Positions 51,593 to 64,000 of a stretch of DNA of 64,000 bases are shown piece after piece. This stretch comes from Octopus sinensis. Lineage: Eukaryota. A program made the translations under genes and the position numbers. The notes beneath the pieces are model-generated. The model searched no databases and was not told the origin of the DNA. It saw only the letters and a program-made list of their open reading frames with translations. The stretch is taken from contig NC_043004.1 in the NCBI RefSeq assembly GCF_006345805.1, positions 69,750,001 through 69,814,000 of the forward strand, read 5' to 3'. The stretch's first letter is position 1, and each line of letters starts with the position of its first letter.

Positions 51593-54500
51593 GTATTAAA
51601 GTATTGATATTTTTCACTGTTTGAATGTAAAGTATATTGGCATTACTGCAAAACAGCTATTATTCATGAAATTAATAATCACATTACAAGCTCACCATAC
51701 GTTGAATGATTAGGAATTAAAGATTTAAATGGTCAAAATATTTCAATCATTACTACTAGCTACAAATAATTATGTGAAACATATAAACAAACATACTGGA
51801 ACATGATACAGTAGCTAAAACAATACATGTGGAACTTGTCACTTGCAAAGTACAAAAGTTAAATGGTGAATGCCCACACAAACACCATAAAAATACTGCA
51901 CAAACTGGATAGATATAAATGTCTATCTTAAAACATATACACATAAGTTTGTAAGGATGATATTTAACAGATTAATAATTTCAAAAAATACACATGGGAT
52001 GGAGAAATGGATAAAATCAATTGAAATAACATATCTGTTCTCCATGAACTTGGTTTTAAGCAAATGAAAACAATGTTGAGATATAATATATCGAAATGAA
52101 TGTTGTATTAAAGAAATACCTCTAGATAGATAGATAGATAGATATGTCTAACAGGCTGCTTTGAATCAATTTTCTTCCCATAACAAAATTATCAATTTGT
52201 CTCTTGCAAATTTTACAACTTATAATTATTAAAATAAAGTACAAATAAGTGAAAGTCCGAGTCCATTTCTAACTGAGCAGTTTGTAAAACAAATATGTAT
52301 TTATAAAATCGTTTACACTATGGGTAAACCAATTTCTCTTTTAGACTTAATCCTTCCTTGTTAGTTAATTTTAAAAACATCCTATCTGATTTATGACTGG
52401 AGACCAAACGAAAATGAAAGAACCTTTTTTTTTTTGTCATAACAAAATTTTTTTTCAATTTCATTATGAAGAAATTAAAAAAATAAATTCAAGATTTTAG
52501 TCAGAGCCTGTAATCTGAAAGTGTTGTTTCTGTGTACATGAATGCCAATGCATAGATAGACAAACACACATGCATGCAGCACAGGATAAGTGGTCTTTCT
52601 GCTCATCAAACTCACAAGCCTGACAAACCTTTCCGTTTAAGTGGTTCATAAAAACACTAACAATGCTGACATATTGATATCCCAATTAAAAATATTATGG
52701 TTTGAACAAAAATCAAGTCCATGGAGATAAGATATGAATGTATAGAACATTTTAGAAGTAAACAACCAGCACATGAATCTCTTGAGAAATACAAGGCCAA
52801 TATTGGTTTCACAAGAATCACTCGTTTTTATCTGCAAGTGACTCTAGACTGCTGGTGGCATAAAGAGTGGAAACATTCACACACCAACATACTAAGATTT
52901 ATAAGTAATCTCACACAATGAACCAAGTTTACTAATTTTAATATGTAAACTTCAACTTAATATGACAGGGTCATTCCATACACAAAAAGAAAAGTAACAA
53001 AAAAAAAAAGTCACTATCAATATGTTTAATAATTATTTAGTTAACTACAAAGTTTTAGATATTCAAAGAGATTACAGAACTGAAGGCTACAAAACATACT
53101 AAAACATAATGTTATTTTAGCAAGATTGTATTAATTTAAAATAATTGTCAATGTTAATAAAAGATGTTAACTGAGAACAATAGAAATTGCCGTTTAGTGC
53201 CAACTGAATATTTTAAGTTAAATATCTTTGTAACATCAACTGATATTAGTTTGGTTTTGTCAGTTTTAATATGAGCCACAAGGAATAATTATGCAAAATA
53301 TTAAAATTGCACATAATATAAATTCAATTGTAAAAGAAAATGGGCTCGTTAGCTTTGATTTATTGTTTTGATTTTTTACTTAAATTTGATTATAAATAAG
53401 TTGCAGAAGTTTCTATTAAAAGTGAAATTACAAGTGAAAAATGTAAACTACAGCTAAAAGTAGTTCTAAAAATTAAACATGGCAAAATTACTTACATGCA
53501 GATGGAATATCATTCAAAAAAGATTCTAAAAGTTGACACGACTAATACATTATTATCATATGCAAATATTTTAAACTAACAACTATTAAGAAATTATAGA
53601 AATATAAGGCATTAAATTTAACATTTAATATTAACTTTTAATAAAAACTTAACTAAATATCTATATATTTATGTGGAACCTTTTTAAAAAAAAAAGATTA
53701 AAAAATGAAAATTACAAAATTTTCTAACAGTTATTATTGTTATTATTATTATGACATGGAATGGAATGACCCCAATTAGATTATCATGTAAAAACCCTAA
53801 CAAAGTTCATTCAAACAAAAGATACAGAAGAAACAAATACCAGTCACTGATATAGCCTATTGGCTATGTATGCGCCAGAGCAATTCGTCTGGAATGGCTG
53901 ACGAAATATCCATAACTCAATGCAACTGAGACTGCACATCGACAAATTCAACCTCGGGCCTTACTTGACTGTAACTGCAAGGCTTTCTTTTGAAAGGGAC
54001 ATAAAATTATTCATCAGAAAAATATTGAAACTCAAACACTTTTTAAATAGTTAGAACATCATAAAAATTGGGTTGACTTGCAGTTCACCAGCCTCTTGTG
54101 TTAAATACAACATCACAGATAGAACAGCTGCTCTAACAAGTTTTAAACCTATTCTAGATACATATATATATATACATATGAGAGTTACAACTATGAAGAT
54201 TACTAACTAATAAAATACACTTAAATTATTTAGATGGAAACTGATAATAATTATTACTTTCTTATTTAAAGTTCATTATAATGATATTTTTAAAATTGTT
54301 CATTTATTTACAGTTCCTCAATAAAGCTAATTATAAAATTATGCTTAATATAAACATTTACTTAGAATTTAATAAACTTATTTTAAAAAATTAAGGAAAT
54401 GAATTATCATAGATACTATATTTTATCTCATTTAACAGTTAACAGAAATAACTAAAAACCTAGTAAAAATTCATTTTAAATATTAAAAGTATGTGATGTA

Positions 54501-55777
54501 TAAAATATTTATATGTAAAAAAAAAGCAAAAGAAAAATTTAAAAAATAAAAAACTTATCTCTAGCGACTGGCAAACTGCAATCTACCCAAACATTCTTAT
54601 GAACACTTACAATTTTAACAAATGTGAGAACAGTTACAAAATTACTTCAGTGAAAAGCTTATTGGAATGAGTTACACTTATTAAGAAGTAGATTGGTTCT
54701 TTACTGAGAAATTGCCAGGTACATAGCATAATGAGGGATTTACAAAAGATGAATTATATAGTTAGATTACTATTACTCTCAAGATAAAGTGCACATTTAG
54801 TAAGTAATATTACAGAATTCCAAACCGTTAATATTTCACGGGGGGGAAAAAAATGTGACAATTACTGAAAATACTAATGACCTTTACTGACTTACTAATT
54901 GCTTGTGTAACTAAAAAATTTCATATCATGCAACAATATTTATTATTATTATTTATTATTATCATTATTATATAACCAAGTAATGTCAGTTAATAGAGGT
55001 TGAATCAGTTGCCTTATCTGTGATTAAAATATTTAATACAAAAATAAGAAAAAATATTTTATAAAAAGACACAGGTGTATGTTGCATTGGAAATACAAGA
55101 TATATATATATATCATTAATGTGAAAGCACTTAACATGTAGAACAATGAAATCCAATGCATTAAACATGGGTGAGATAGCAAAAAAAAGAAATATATATA
55201 TATACATGTTCACATAGCCTTCAACTTTCAGCTCATTATGATTAATGATTGTTATTATTATCATCATTATTATAAGTAAAATGAGTCTGGGAGTCAAACA
55301 TAAGAACTAACAGAGTATAACATTTTAGAAAATACAAGAAGGCATGAAAAATGTTATTTGGAGAAGATTCCTGAAAACAATAGATATCATTAGATTATAT
55401 ATAATAAAAACAAAAAGAAAAGGTTTTTTTTTTCAACCCAGACTGCAAGCAGAAGCTGAAAGGAAACAAGGAATCGGCCAATTCAAAGGTTGTTTCATAT
55501 AATAGACATACTTTTTTTTTCTTTTTTACATTATTTTGATATATATATACTCTGTATACTCGTTTCCTAGTCAAAGATGGGCTAAAACATTCATTAAATT
55601 TATCTGTTCAAGCAATTATGTTTCTCTTTGGAATTTGAGGAATTAAAGAATTACAAGAATAAAATAATATAAATGAAGAACAAGGAAAAAATATATATAT
55701 AATATTAATATATATATATATATATATATGTATGTATAACCAGGTCAGCTGCTAACACACCAACTTTAAACACATAC

Positions 55778-55928
55778 CCTCTCTTTCTGGGTAGACTTCT
55801 CTTCTTTCTCCTTTTTGCGAAGTTCAGATACATAATCACTGAACATAGATTCACGCTCTCTCATCTTTTCAATCCCCTTGAAACGTTCGTCTTTACCATA
55901 TTTAGCTGCAAAATCACTGAAAGATGAC
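55778..55928 (-). CDS. TCERG1: TCERG1 exon SSFSDFAAKYGKDERFKGIEKMRERESMFSDYVSELRKKEKEEKSTQKER (end of FF2)
   Basis: tttttcag acceptor, agg|gtatgt donor; FF-domain pattern. Confidence 0.97.
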
Positions 55929-56238
55929 CTGAAAAAACAAGCAAAAGAAAAGCACAAAGTTAGAAATAAGATCCAAAATTCTGTTTCACCAACAAATCAC
56001 GCCTACAACCGACAGAAAAAGCCGTGTTCTTCTGCCATAACTAATGAAAAATGTAAGAGAAATTGCTAAAATATATATAGATGCAGGCATGGCTGAGTGA
56101 TAAGAAGCTTGCTTCACAATTACATGGTTCCAGGTTCAGTCCTATTGTGTGGCACCTCAAGCAAGTGCTTTCTACTATAGCCCCAGCCCAACCAAAGCCT
56201 TGCAAGTGGATTTGACAAATGGAAACTGAAAGAAGGCC

Positions 56239-56280
<42 letters not shown>

Positions 56281-56847
56281 TTCCCCTCCCCAATCATTGT
56301 TTGAGAAGTGGTTTGAGAATGTTTACATCCCTGTAACTTAGCTGTTTGGGAAATGAGACCAATACAATAAGTACGAGGTTTTAAAAATAAGGTAGGGGTC
56401 GTTTTGTTCTACTAAAATCCTTTAAGCAGTGCTCCAGCATGGCTGCAGTCAAATGACCGAAACAGATAAAAGGATACAGAATTAATAATGTTAGCACTAT
56501 GATAAATAAAATGATGTCTGTTCTGTAGGCTGTTGCTGGTATGAAGAGGATTGTGCCATAAATCATTTGCCTACAAAGAGGATGCAATCCAGAAATGATG
56601 AAGAAATGCACTATTCTATGGACAAAGCTGAGATTTGAACTAGTGACCTTATGGTCAGCAGTACAGAAACCTTAGCTCAATATGCCCAAGGAACCAATGG
56701 AAAGAAAATTAGTTGCACTTAAAAGCAGTGTATGCAATTTCTATCAAAGATATAGAAATTTCATGAAAAGGAGAGAAAAACCCTAAATAAATCAAGGCAG
56801 GATATAAGATACGTTGGACTATAAAGCTACAAATGGACTGCACTTAC

Positions 56848-57056
56848 TTGCCGTGCAACTTTGCCTCTTCCATCAGCATCCGGAATGATTCCCTTTTCTC
56901 CTTCAGTTTGCGGTGTTTCTCCCGTCTCTCTTCTTCAGCTCGTTCCTTGACATATTGCTCAAACACCTGTTTACGCTCTTTGGATGTCAATAATAAATAT
57001 CTGGTATCGAACACAATCTTGTGTAATTCTTTCTCCCAAGTGGAAAATGCAGACAC
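56848..57056 (-). CDS. TCERG1: TCERG1 exon [23 protein letters not shown]...EEAKLHG(K) (FF1 and start of FF2)
   Basis: Near-identical to the human [23 protein letters not shown] segment; tttag acceptor, aa|gtaagt donor. Confidence 0.98.
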
Positions 57057-57508
57057 CTAAACAAAAGAAAAGAATCACCTGTCTCAAATCAGCTCAAATG
57101 AATTCTGTCTCTGGGGCAAAGAAGTCATCATCATCATCATTTAATGTCCATTTACCATTCTGGCACAGGTTGGGCGTTTTGACAGGAGCTGGCCAGCTGC
57201 AGAGCTGGCCAGATTCCAATTGTCTGTTTTGGCATAGCTTCTATGGCTTGATGCCCTTCCTAATGCCAACCACTTCACACAGTGTGCTGGGTGCTTTTTA
57301 CGTGCCACTGGCATGAGAACGTTTTACATGACACCAGCACAAGTTCATTTTGCATGGCACTGGCACCTGCAAAACAAAGACCTCTCAAGTGGGAGAGCGA
57401 GTGGGGCATGGCTATAAAGGACATGCCTATATGTAGGGATGGCCACAATTTTTACTTTTTACTTAAAATCAAAATCGATCAACATCAATGGAAATTGAAG
57501 CTGTGATA

Positions 57509-57873
57509 CCAGTGCCGGTGGTATGTAAGAGAACCATCCGAACGTGGCCTTTGCCAGCGCCGACACGACTGGCCTCCGTGCCGGTGGCACGTAAAAAGCA
57601 CCATCTGATCATGACCGTTGCCAGCCTCACTTGGCCCCCGTGCTGGTGGTACGTAAAAAGCACCATCCGATCGTGTCCGTTTGCCAGCCTCATGTGGCAC
57701 ATAAAAAGCACCCACTACACTCACGGAGTGGTTGGCATTAGGAAGGGCATCCAGCCATAGAAACATTGCCAGATTAGACTGGGCCTGGTGCAGCGTTCTG
57801 GCTTCCCAGACGCCAGTTGAACCATTCAACCCATGCTAGCATGGAAAGCAGACGCTAAACGATGATGATGATG
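57509..57873 (+). repeat. Same minisatellite-bearing retroposon (4-5 units) with a (GAT)n tail
   Basis: Same unit and 3' block as 8805-9077. Confidence 0.75.
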
Positions 57874-58333
57874 AATCTTCTTAACTGCAGCAAATTGCCA
57901 TGAGTCCCAGTCTCTTGTCGTCTCAGTGAGGAACAGCATCTGAAGATCCTTTCTCACCACTTCATCCCGCATTTTCCTGGGTTTACCTCTTCCATTTGCA
58001 GTAAGAGATCAGCACTTCTGTAAGCGGCTGTCCTTACTCATATGCATCACATGGCCATGCCAGTGCAGTCTTCTCTCTCTTGTACACGCTCAATGCCTCT
58101 TATACTATTTTCCTCTTAAGTCATTTACACTCTGTGATACATGCACACTGACATTACCCATCCAGCAGAGTATGCTGGATGGGTAAGGCTTTACAAGTTC
58201 TCTGTAGTCATAGCCCATGCTTCACTGCCATGTAGCATAGCTGTACATACACAAGCATCATACAATTTGCCTTTCACTCTGAGAGAGAAGCCCTTAGTTA
58301 TCAACAAAGGTAACTGCCTGAACTTTGCCCAGC
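57874..58333 (-). mobile_element. RTE-clade LINE ORF2 3' remnant
   Basis: Minus strand reads KGKLYDACV..AMLHGSE.W ... RRLHW.GHV ... RGKPRK with stops. Confidence 0.8.
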
Positions 58334-58817
58334 CCCGTTCTTATTCTAGAAGTGATGTGATATATAATTATCATCATCAACATTATGTTATTTGTTTCAA
58401 AGGACTGCATTCAATGACATTTTTTCCCCAGTCAATTCATTACAACAATAGAAATTTCAAAAGTACATCATTTGTTTATTAACATAGATACAGGCATGAC
58501 TGTTTGGTGAAGAAGTTCACTTCTCTGCCACATGGTTTTGCATTCAGCATCATAACACAGCATCTTGGGCAAGGGCCTTCTGCTACAGCCTTGGGCAACC
58601 AAACCTTTATGAGTGAATTCAGTAGACAGAAACTGAAAGAAGCCTGTCGTATGTGAGTGGGTGTATGTGATTTACAATTGTGCTTGTCTGAGAATAACTG
58701 AGATTCCTTACAGATAAGGGCTGACAACATAAAGAGCAACAAGCCACAAAATCCTATCTAAAAATAAGTTCAGGCTAGCATTAGGAAAATTAACGTTAAA
58801 CAAAGGAACAAACCTAC

Positions 58818-58986
58818 CTCTTTCTCTGCCAACATATCTCTGAACTGTTTCATTCGAATCTCCAAAGGTACTATAGCCCTCTGCCTTGCTGCTTGAACTT
58901 CAGCCTCTATAGCAGCTTCCTTACCAGCATCAATCTGTTTTATGGTTTCTCTCTTATCATCTAGCTTGCTTTCATCTTTATCAATT
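58818..58986 (-). CDS. TCERG1: TCERG1 exon IDKDESK...GKEAAIEAEVQAARQRAIVPLEIRMKQFRDMLAEKE (start of FF1)
   Basis: ttttcag acceptor, gag|gtaggt donor; EAAIEAEV..AR.RAIVPLE.RMKQF conserved in CA150. Confidence 0.97.
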
Positions 58987-59544
58987 CTGAAAACATAAAA
59001 TCAGATCCACTAAATTTCAATTTCTAATAAATTTTTATCAGATTTCTCACTGTACAATACAATGTTTGTACCACTGAGGGACACTCTATGTGGTCACTCA
59101 GTTTGCTCAAATTACACACTGAGGTTTTAAAAATGTAAGGTGGGTGGGGTTGTACATTGGATGAGGAGTCCTAGATACACATGAGCCTAGAGGAAAGATG
59201 AGATGATGACAAATGAAACAATTTTGATTGTATCTTGATCTGAAGCAGGAATAAACAATCACAGTAATTTAATCTTAACATTCATTAATACTATGTACAA
59301 AAATCCTAATCTAAGATTCAAATAGTTTTAAATACTATTGTTTATAAGAGGAAAGAGGTATACAAGCAAAAGTATGACAGTAAAACAAAGAAAGAGTGGT
59401 GAATAGTAACAAACGTAGACAATTTTAAGAGTGATTGAGTGATGTCATCAACAGATGATCTGGGAAAATTGAGATTGATGACTAGCAACAGAGAAAGATA
59501 AATGGTAGATGGTAACGGAAAGTTAAATGAAAACTAAAACTTAC

Positions 59545-59593
59545 TTCTTTTTTTTGGTAGCAGGCTCATCTTCATCTTCTTCCTCTTTCTTTT
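59545..59593 (-). CDS. TCERG1: TCERG1 small exon KKKEEEDEDEPATKKK(K), acidic/NLS-like linker
   Basis: ttttcccag acceptor, aa|gtaagt donor, 49 nt; phases 1 to 2 join both neighbours in frame. Confidence 0.88.
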
Positions 59594-60779
59594 CTGGGAA
59601 AACAGAGCCAAGTACTGTGGTTAATTACTATAGTTCAAAATGCAGTGATCAGAGTGGAGAAAATAGACAAAATGGGACATAAAGGTTGAGCAGTTTAGGC
59701 TAACATTTTCAACAGCTGGGGGAAGGGGACTATGTTGAACTTAATCCCACAGATCAAAAGTAATAATACTAATTATTGTATAATACTGTGTAATTATTAT
59801 ATAACACTGTAATTATTAAATAATACAGTACACCTCTGATAATATACCCACTCTGTTGACAGATACACAAGTGCATTTTTATTTGATTTATGGACTCTTA
59901 GACGACTAAGACGTGCATGCCCACACACACATATAAATGTAAATGTAGATTTTATATGCATACGTATATATAGAAAGTGAAAATGAAGTGAGGAACAACT
60001 ACATGACTATAATTGTATAAGGATACAGGCTTCCAAATCTTTTTCATTTCTTGAAAGAAAGTGCCAACATCTCTACCCAACCATACAGAGTCATCAGATT
60101 ACAACTAATCATTGATGAAAGTCAGCTAGCTATTCAAAAGATTTATCTATCTTAAATGTTCAAGTCATGCTTTGACAGGGTTGAACAACCAACAACCATT
60201 CACAACCAGTCAGGATTCACAGAACAGATTATTCTATTCCTCCTTTTGATCAGTGAATATAAAACATGGCTCACAAGACCACCATTTGGACAATTTTCCT
60301 GAGTGACAGTCTCATCCTTCTAGGTCAATCTGTCACAAGGTTAGCCAATTACAATGGAGTGGACCAGAGCAACATGAAGTGAAGTGTTTTGCTCAAGAAC
60401 AATATACAGCCAGTCTGAAAATCAAACCCATGATCTTGCAATCATGACTGCAGCACCTTAACAACTAGGCCACACACCTCATACATTATGCACGAAAATA
60501 AATTTCAAACTACCAATGTTTTTAGAAAGGCATTATGTTTAAAGGGTTATCAATAGTAAAATTACTTTGCAGTTTCTAGTGTAATAAAGCCACATTAGAT
60601 GCAGGGCAATTTTTTTGACACATTTAAAAAAAGTATGCCACAAATCAGCAAAGACAGTAATCATATTTCAGAGATGAGAGAGGTGCTCCAGGTAGCTATT
60701 ACTTCTTCAAATTGAGAGATCACAGTTTCAATATTATGAACATGTGGAAAGATTGCCTGAGAAGAAAATCAGTGGACAG

Positions 60780-60975
60780 GTGTTATAGAGAAAACTAACT
60801 AACAGGAGACCCAGGGGTAGATCACAGGTAAGATGATTGGATAACATCCACGAGTTCGATTGGTCTTGCTTGGGGATCCAGCCAGATCAAGTGAAGACGG
60901 CTGCTTCTGGCAGGACCTGATGGAGGGTGTGCTTGAGGACGTTGCCCCAACAACCCTCTCGGGATTAAGTGGGCA
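60780..60975 (+). mobile_element. RTE-like LINE 3' end, second family; related piece at about 19500-19650
   Basis: RRPRGR..R.LDNIH..WS.LGI motif in both pieces. Confidence 0.55.
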
Positions 60976-61217
60976 AAGTTGAGACAAGATGGAAGATGAA
61001 ATATTTCAGATCTGACACTTTAAGAGAATATGCAAATTTGAGCACAACGTTGAGCAAAATGTAAAGAGATGATATGACTCAACATAAGGAGGTATGTCAA
61101 AATGCTGGATATGCTACAAAAACCATTTAAGCCAATGGCAGTGACACACATTTTCACTTCACTAAATTCTTAGAGGACTTAAACTTGGTTTAAATATTCC
61201 AATAAGCATATATTTAC

Positions 61218-61366
61218 TTTTATCAGCTGGAGAGCCACCTGGTGGACCTTGTAGCATTCGTTCAACATCTGCACGACCAACAAGTCCTTCAGGTTTTTCC
61301 CAAACAGAAAGATGCTGACTAGGATTATAGAAGAAAACTCGGCCATCTCCAGTCCAAACAACACAC
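61218..61366 (-). CDS. TCERG1: TCERG1 WW3 exon [49 protein letters not shown]
   Basis: WW signature W..VFFYN..W..P; acag acceptor, a|gtaaat donor, phases 2 to 1. Confidence 0.97.
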
Positions 61367-62247
61367 CTGTAAAATAAAAACATTGGAATATGAAAGGGAG
61401 AAATGTTTACAATAGACAACTAATTTTAATACAACTGAAACAAAAACAGCAAAAATATTAGCATTGCATCTCCACATCTTTAGATGTGCTTGTGTATACG
61501 CACACATAACATTTATTCACACACCTTCTAACCAGTGGAGTGGTGGGACAATGGATTCATACAACTCTTACTGGGCTCTATGCAAACAGAGTTACCTCAT
61601 TATTTAAATTTGTGCTTTTTGCCTATTATACAGCTAATGGTAGACCCATTTTAATAGTTGAAAACTCACTTATTCAAAATCATTGTTACACAACTATTAT
61701 TACTTGTGATCTTATTCCTAAATATTACAGACATACTTTGCAGAAAATGAAACTCCAGATATTGAAAACAAAATAACTATAAAACATTTGATATTTTAAT
61801 TTTGTTCACTCTTTCACAATGAAGTTCACTGATGCTTCAACACTAAAGAAGAAGGAACTATTTTTACAAGATTCAAAAAGAACAAGGACATTCATTATAC
61901 ATCCTTTCATCTAATTCAATATCTACTTTTCTATGTTTGCATGGGTCAGATGAGACTTTATTGAGGCAGGCAGCTTGTTCTTCAGCTAGATTCTCAACCC
62001 TCACTGCTCAACTATCATCCTGGACTCACTTTCATGCAGTACTGCAGACAAGTGACACCATTTGTAAGAACTGTCACCCATTGTTTAAATCAATGCACAT
62101 GTCAAGACAAGAGGAATACACATATATAGCACAAGCTTCTTCCCCTATTTCTGTCAACCAAATTCTACTCACAAAGTATTGGTCAACCAACAGCTACGGT
62201 AAAGACACCAGCCAACAATGTGTACACAGTGGGCGCAATCTCTAAAC

Positions 62248-62473
62248 CAGTGGTTTGCAACTATTTTTTATCTTTTGACTCCTACTTTATTCTCATTCAA
62301 TTTTTTTTAAATCTTATTATTTTTATTATCAAATAATATTAGGAATTATATTTCTAAAAATTGTTAAAATGTTGCATGCATTGTAGAAGCATAACCAATA
62401 TACTGCACATAAATTTTAACAAAATTGCATATGGATTCCCAAGGGTCGTAAGGACCCCAGTTGAGAACCACTG
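62248..62473. mobile_element. hAT/Charlie-type MITE
   Basis: TIRs CAGTGGTTTGCAACT / AGTTGAGAACCACTG; perfect 8-bp TSD CTCTAAAC. Confidence 0.85.
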
Positions 62474-62686
62474 CTCTAAACAATGTGGTTCTGAGATGAA
62501 CTTCTGAACCATATGGCCATGCCTGTGCCTAGAAGCCATAAAAGAAAATCAGCAAGGGAAATTACCTGAAACACTCATTTATATGAGATATTTTCTATGC
62601 AATTATATAATAACATTGCAAATAGTCTCTCAGTTTAATCTTCCTGCTTTTTTTTTAATTCTTTTTTTTTTTTTGGGGGGGGGGTT

Positions 62687-62910
62687 TCACATGATGCAGA
62701 TGGATGAGGACAGTTGCATAAAAAAGTGCCTATCACTTAGAGTGGAGGGAAGTTGTGGAAGAGGGAGACCTTAGAGATGGGACCAAGTATTGAAGGACAA
62801 TATCAAAATGCTGAGCCTTACAAACGAGGTGACAGAGGACGAAGATAAGTGGCACATTGATCTACTCAAGAAGACCTGCTTGCCACAACAAAATTGATAT
62901 CCTAAAATCA
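62687..62910 (+). mobile_element. RTE-clade LINE 3' end
   Basis: HMMQMDEDSCIKKC..VEGSCGRGRP*RW.QVLK remnant. Confidence 0.7.
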
Positions 62911-63365
62911 AGATGCCACATAAAAAGCATTGGTGTAGGTGCTGGTTCCATGTAAAAAGCACCTAGTACACTGTAAGTTAAGTTGGCATTAGGAAGGGCA
63001 TCCAACCATAGAAACCATGCCAAAAGAGACTATGGAAACTGGTGCAGCTCCTGGCCTTACCACTTCCTGTCAAGCCATCCAAACCCATGCTAGCATGGAA
63101 AACGGACATTGAACGATGATGATTGATGATGCTTCAGTCATTTGACTATGGCCATGCTGGGTAATCACCTTGAAGGGTTTACTCAAACAAATCAACCCTA
63201 GTACTTATATCAGTCACTTTTGCTGAACTGCTAGGTTACAAAGATGTGAACAAACCAACATTGGTCGTAAAGTAATGGTAGGGGGAACAGACACAAACAC
63301 ACAAATATATATCGTCCAACCCGTGCTAGCGCGGAAAACAGACATTAAACGATGATGATGATGAT

Positions 63366-63399
<34 letters not shown>

Positions 63400-63649
63400 A
63401 TAGGCTACTACACAGTTTCTGTCTACCAAATTCATTTACAAGGCATTGATTGGCCTTGAGTTAGAAGACACTTGCCCATGGTGTTGCACAGTGGGACTGA
63501 ACCTGAAACCATGGTTGCAAAGCACACAGCCATGCCTGTATACAAACTTGGCCAAAATCTACATAAAATTTGCTTGATAACTCAAACATGGAAACAAGAC
63601 TTCATTTATTCAGGTGAGTACGTAAGAGTTAATAGAATATAAAACCTAC

Positions 63650-63747
63650 CAAGGGGTTCCAGGAACAGGGGTACTAGAAACAGGTCGAGCTTTATCAGCA
63701 GCCTTTTGTTCTTCGGTTTTTTCCTCACTTTCTTTCTGCTTTTCATC
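63650..63747 (-). CDS. TCERG1: TCERG1 exon DEKQKESEEKTEEQKAADKARPVSSTPVPGTP(W), leading into WW3
   Basis: tttttag acceptor and tg|gtaggt donor on the minus strand; RPVSSTPVPGTPW precedes WW3 in CA150 proteins. The gene continues beyond the window end. Confidence 0.93.
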
Positions 63748-64000
63748 CTAAAAAAAGCCATTTATTTTCTCTTCTATAATATCAATGAACACAACAGTAA
63801 TACAAGACACATCATAACTGTAGGGACAAAACAAAAAGAATAATGCTAAAGTATTTCAGTACAAAATCTAAAACTGAGTTACCTCTCTCACCATTTCAAG
63901 TCCAACTATGCAGGAATGCACAACACCAAGTGAACAAAGGTAGCTAGTATCAGACCGACACCAAGTCCAATTTGCCTATGATCTACAGATTGACAAAAAC

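Noticed and set aside
51002-51624. ORFs up to 161 aa rich in Y/I/C/V/M
   Set aside because: Degenerate CATA microsatellite

Overview
AT-rich, repeat-dense animal genomic DNA. The SINE/MITE families and microsatellites point to a coleoid cephalopod, most likely Octopus (inference). Two spliced genes lie tail-to-tail. On the + strand is the 3' half of a GRK4/5/6-family G protein-coupled receptor kinase: five clear exons at 553-14950, plus an unresolved terminal exon or read-through tail. On the - strand is the 3' part of TCERG1/CA150: twelve exons at 63747-33645, encoding WW3 and FF1-FF6, with phases consistent through to the stop codon. Their U-rich, repeat-free 3' regions meet at about 31.9-32.9 kb. 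Introns carry tRNA-headed SINEs, RTE and CR1/L2-like LINE ends, a decayed mariner transposase, hAT-, piggyBac- and mariner-type MITEs and two non-autonomous Helitrons. Best leads: (1) a 6-kb repeat-free, UTR-like block in the TCERG1 intron after FF2, suggesting a short TCERG1L-like isoform; (2) a perfect 133-nt inverted repeat bracketing one TCERG1 exon; (3) a minimal hammerhead-like motif with a U3-A8 compensatory pair; (4) a GRK C-terminal switch whose read-through tail has two Cys and a PDZ-type -TDV end; (5) many long intronic fold-backs around the GRK exons, which are candidate ADAR substrates. All alignments and counts were made by eye; no searches were run.
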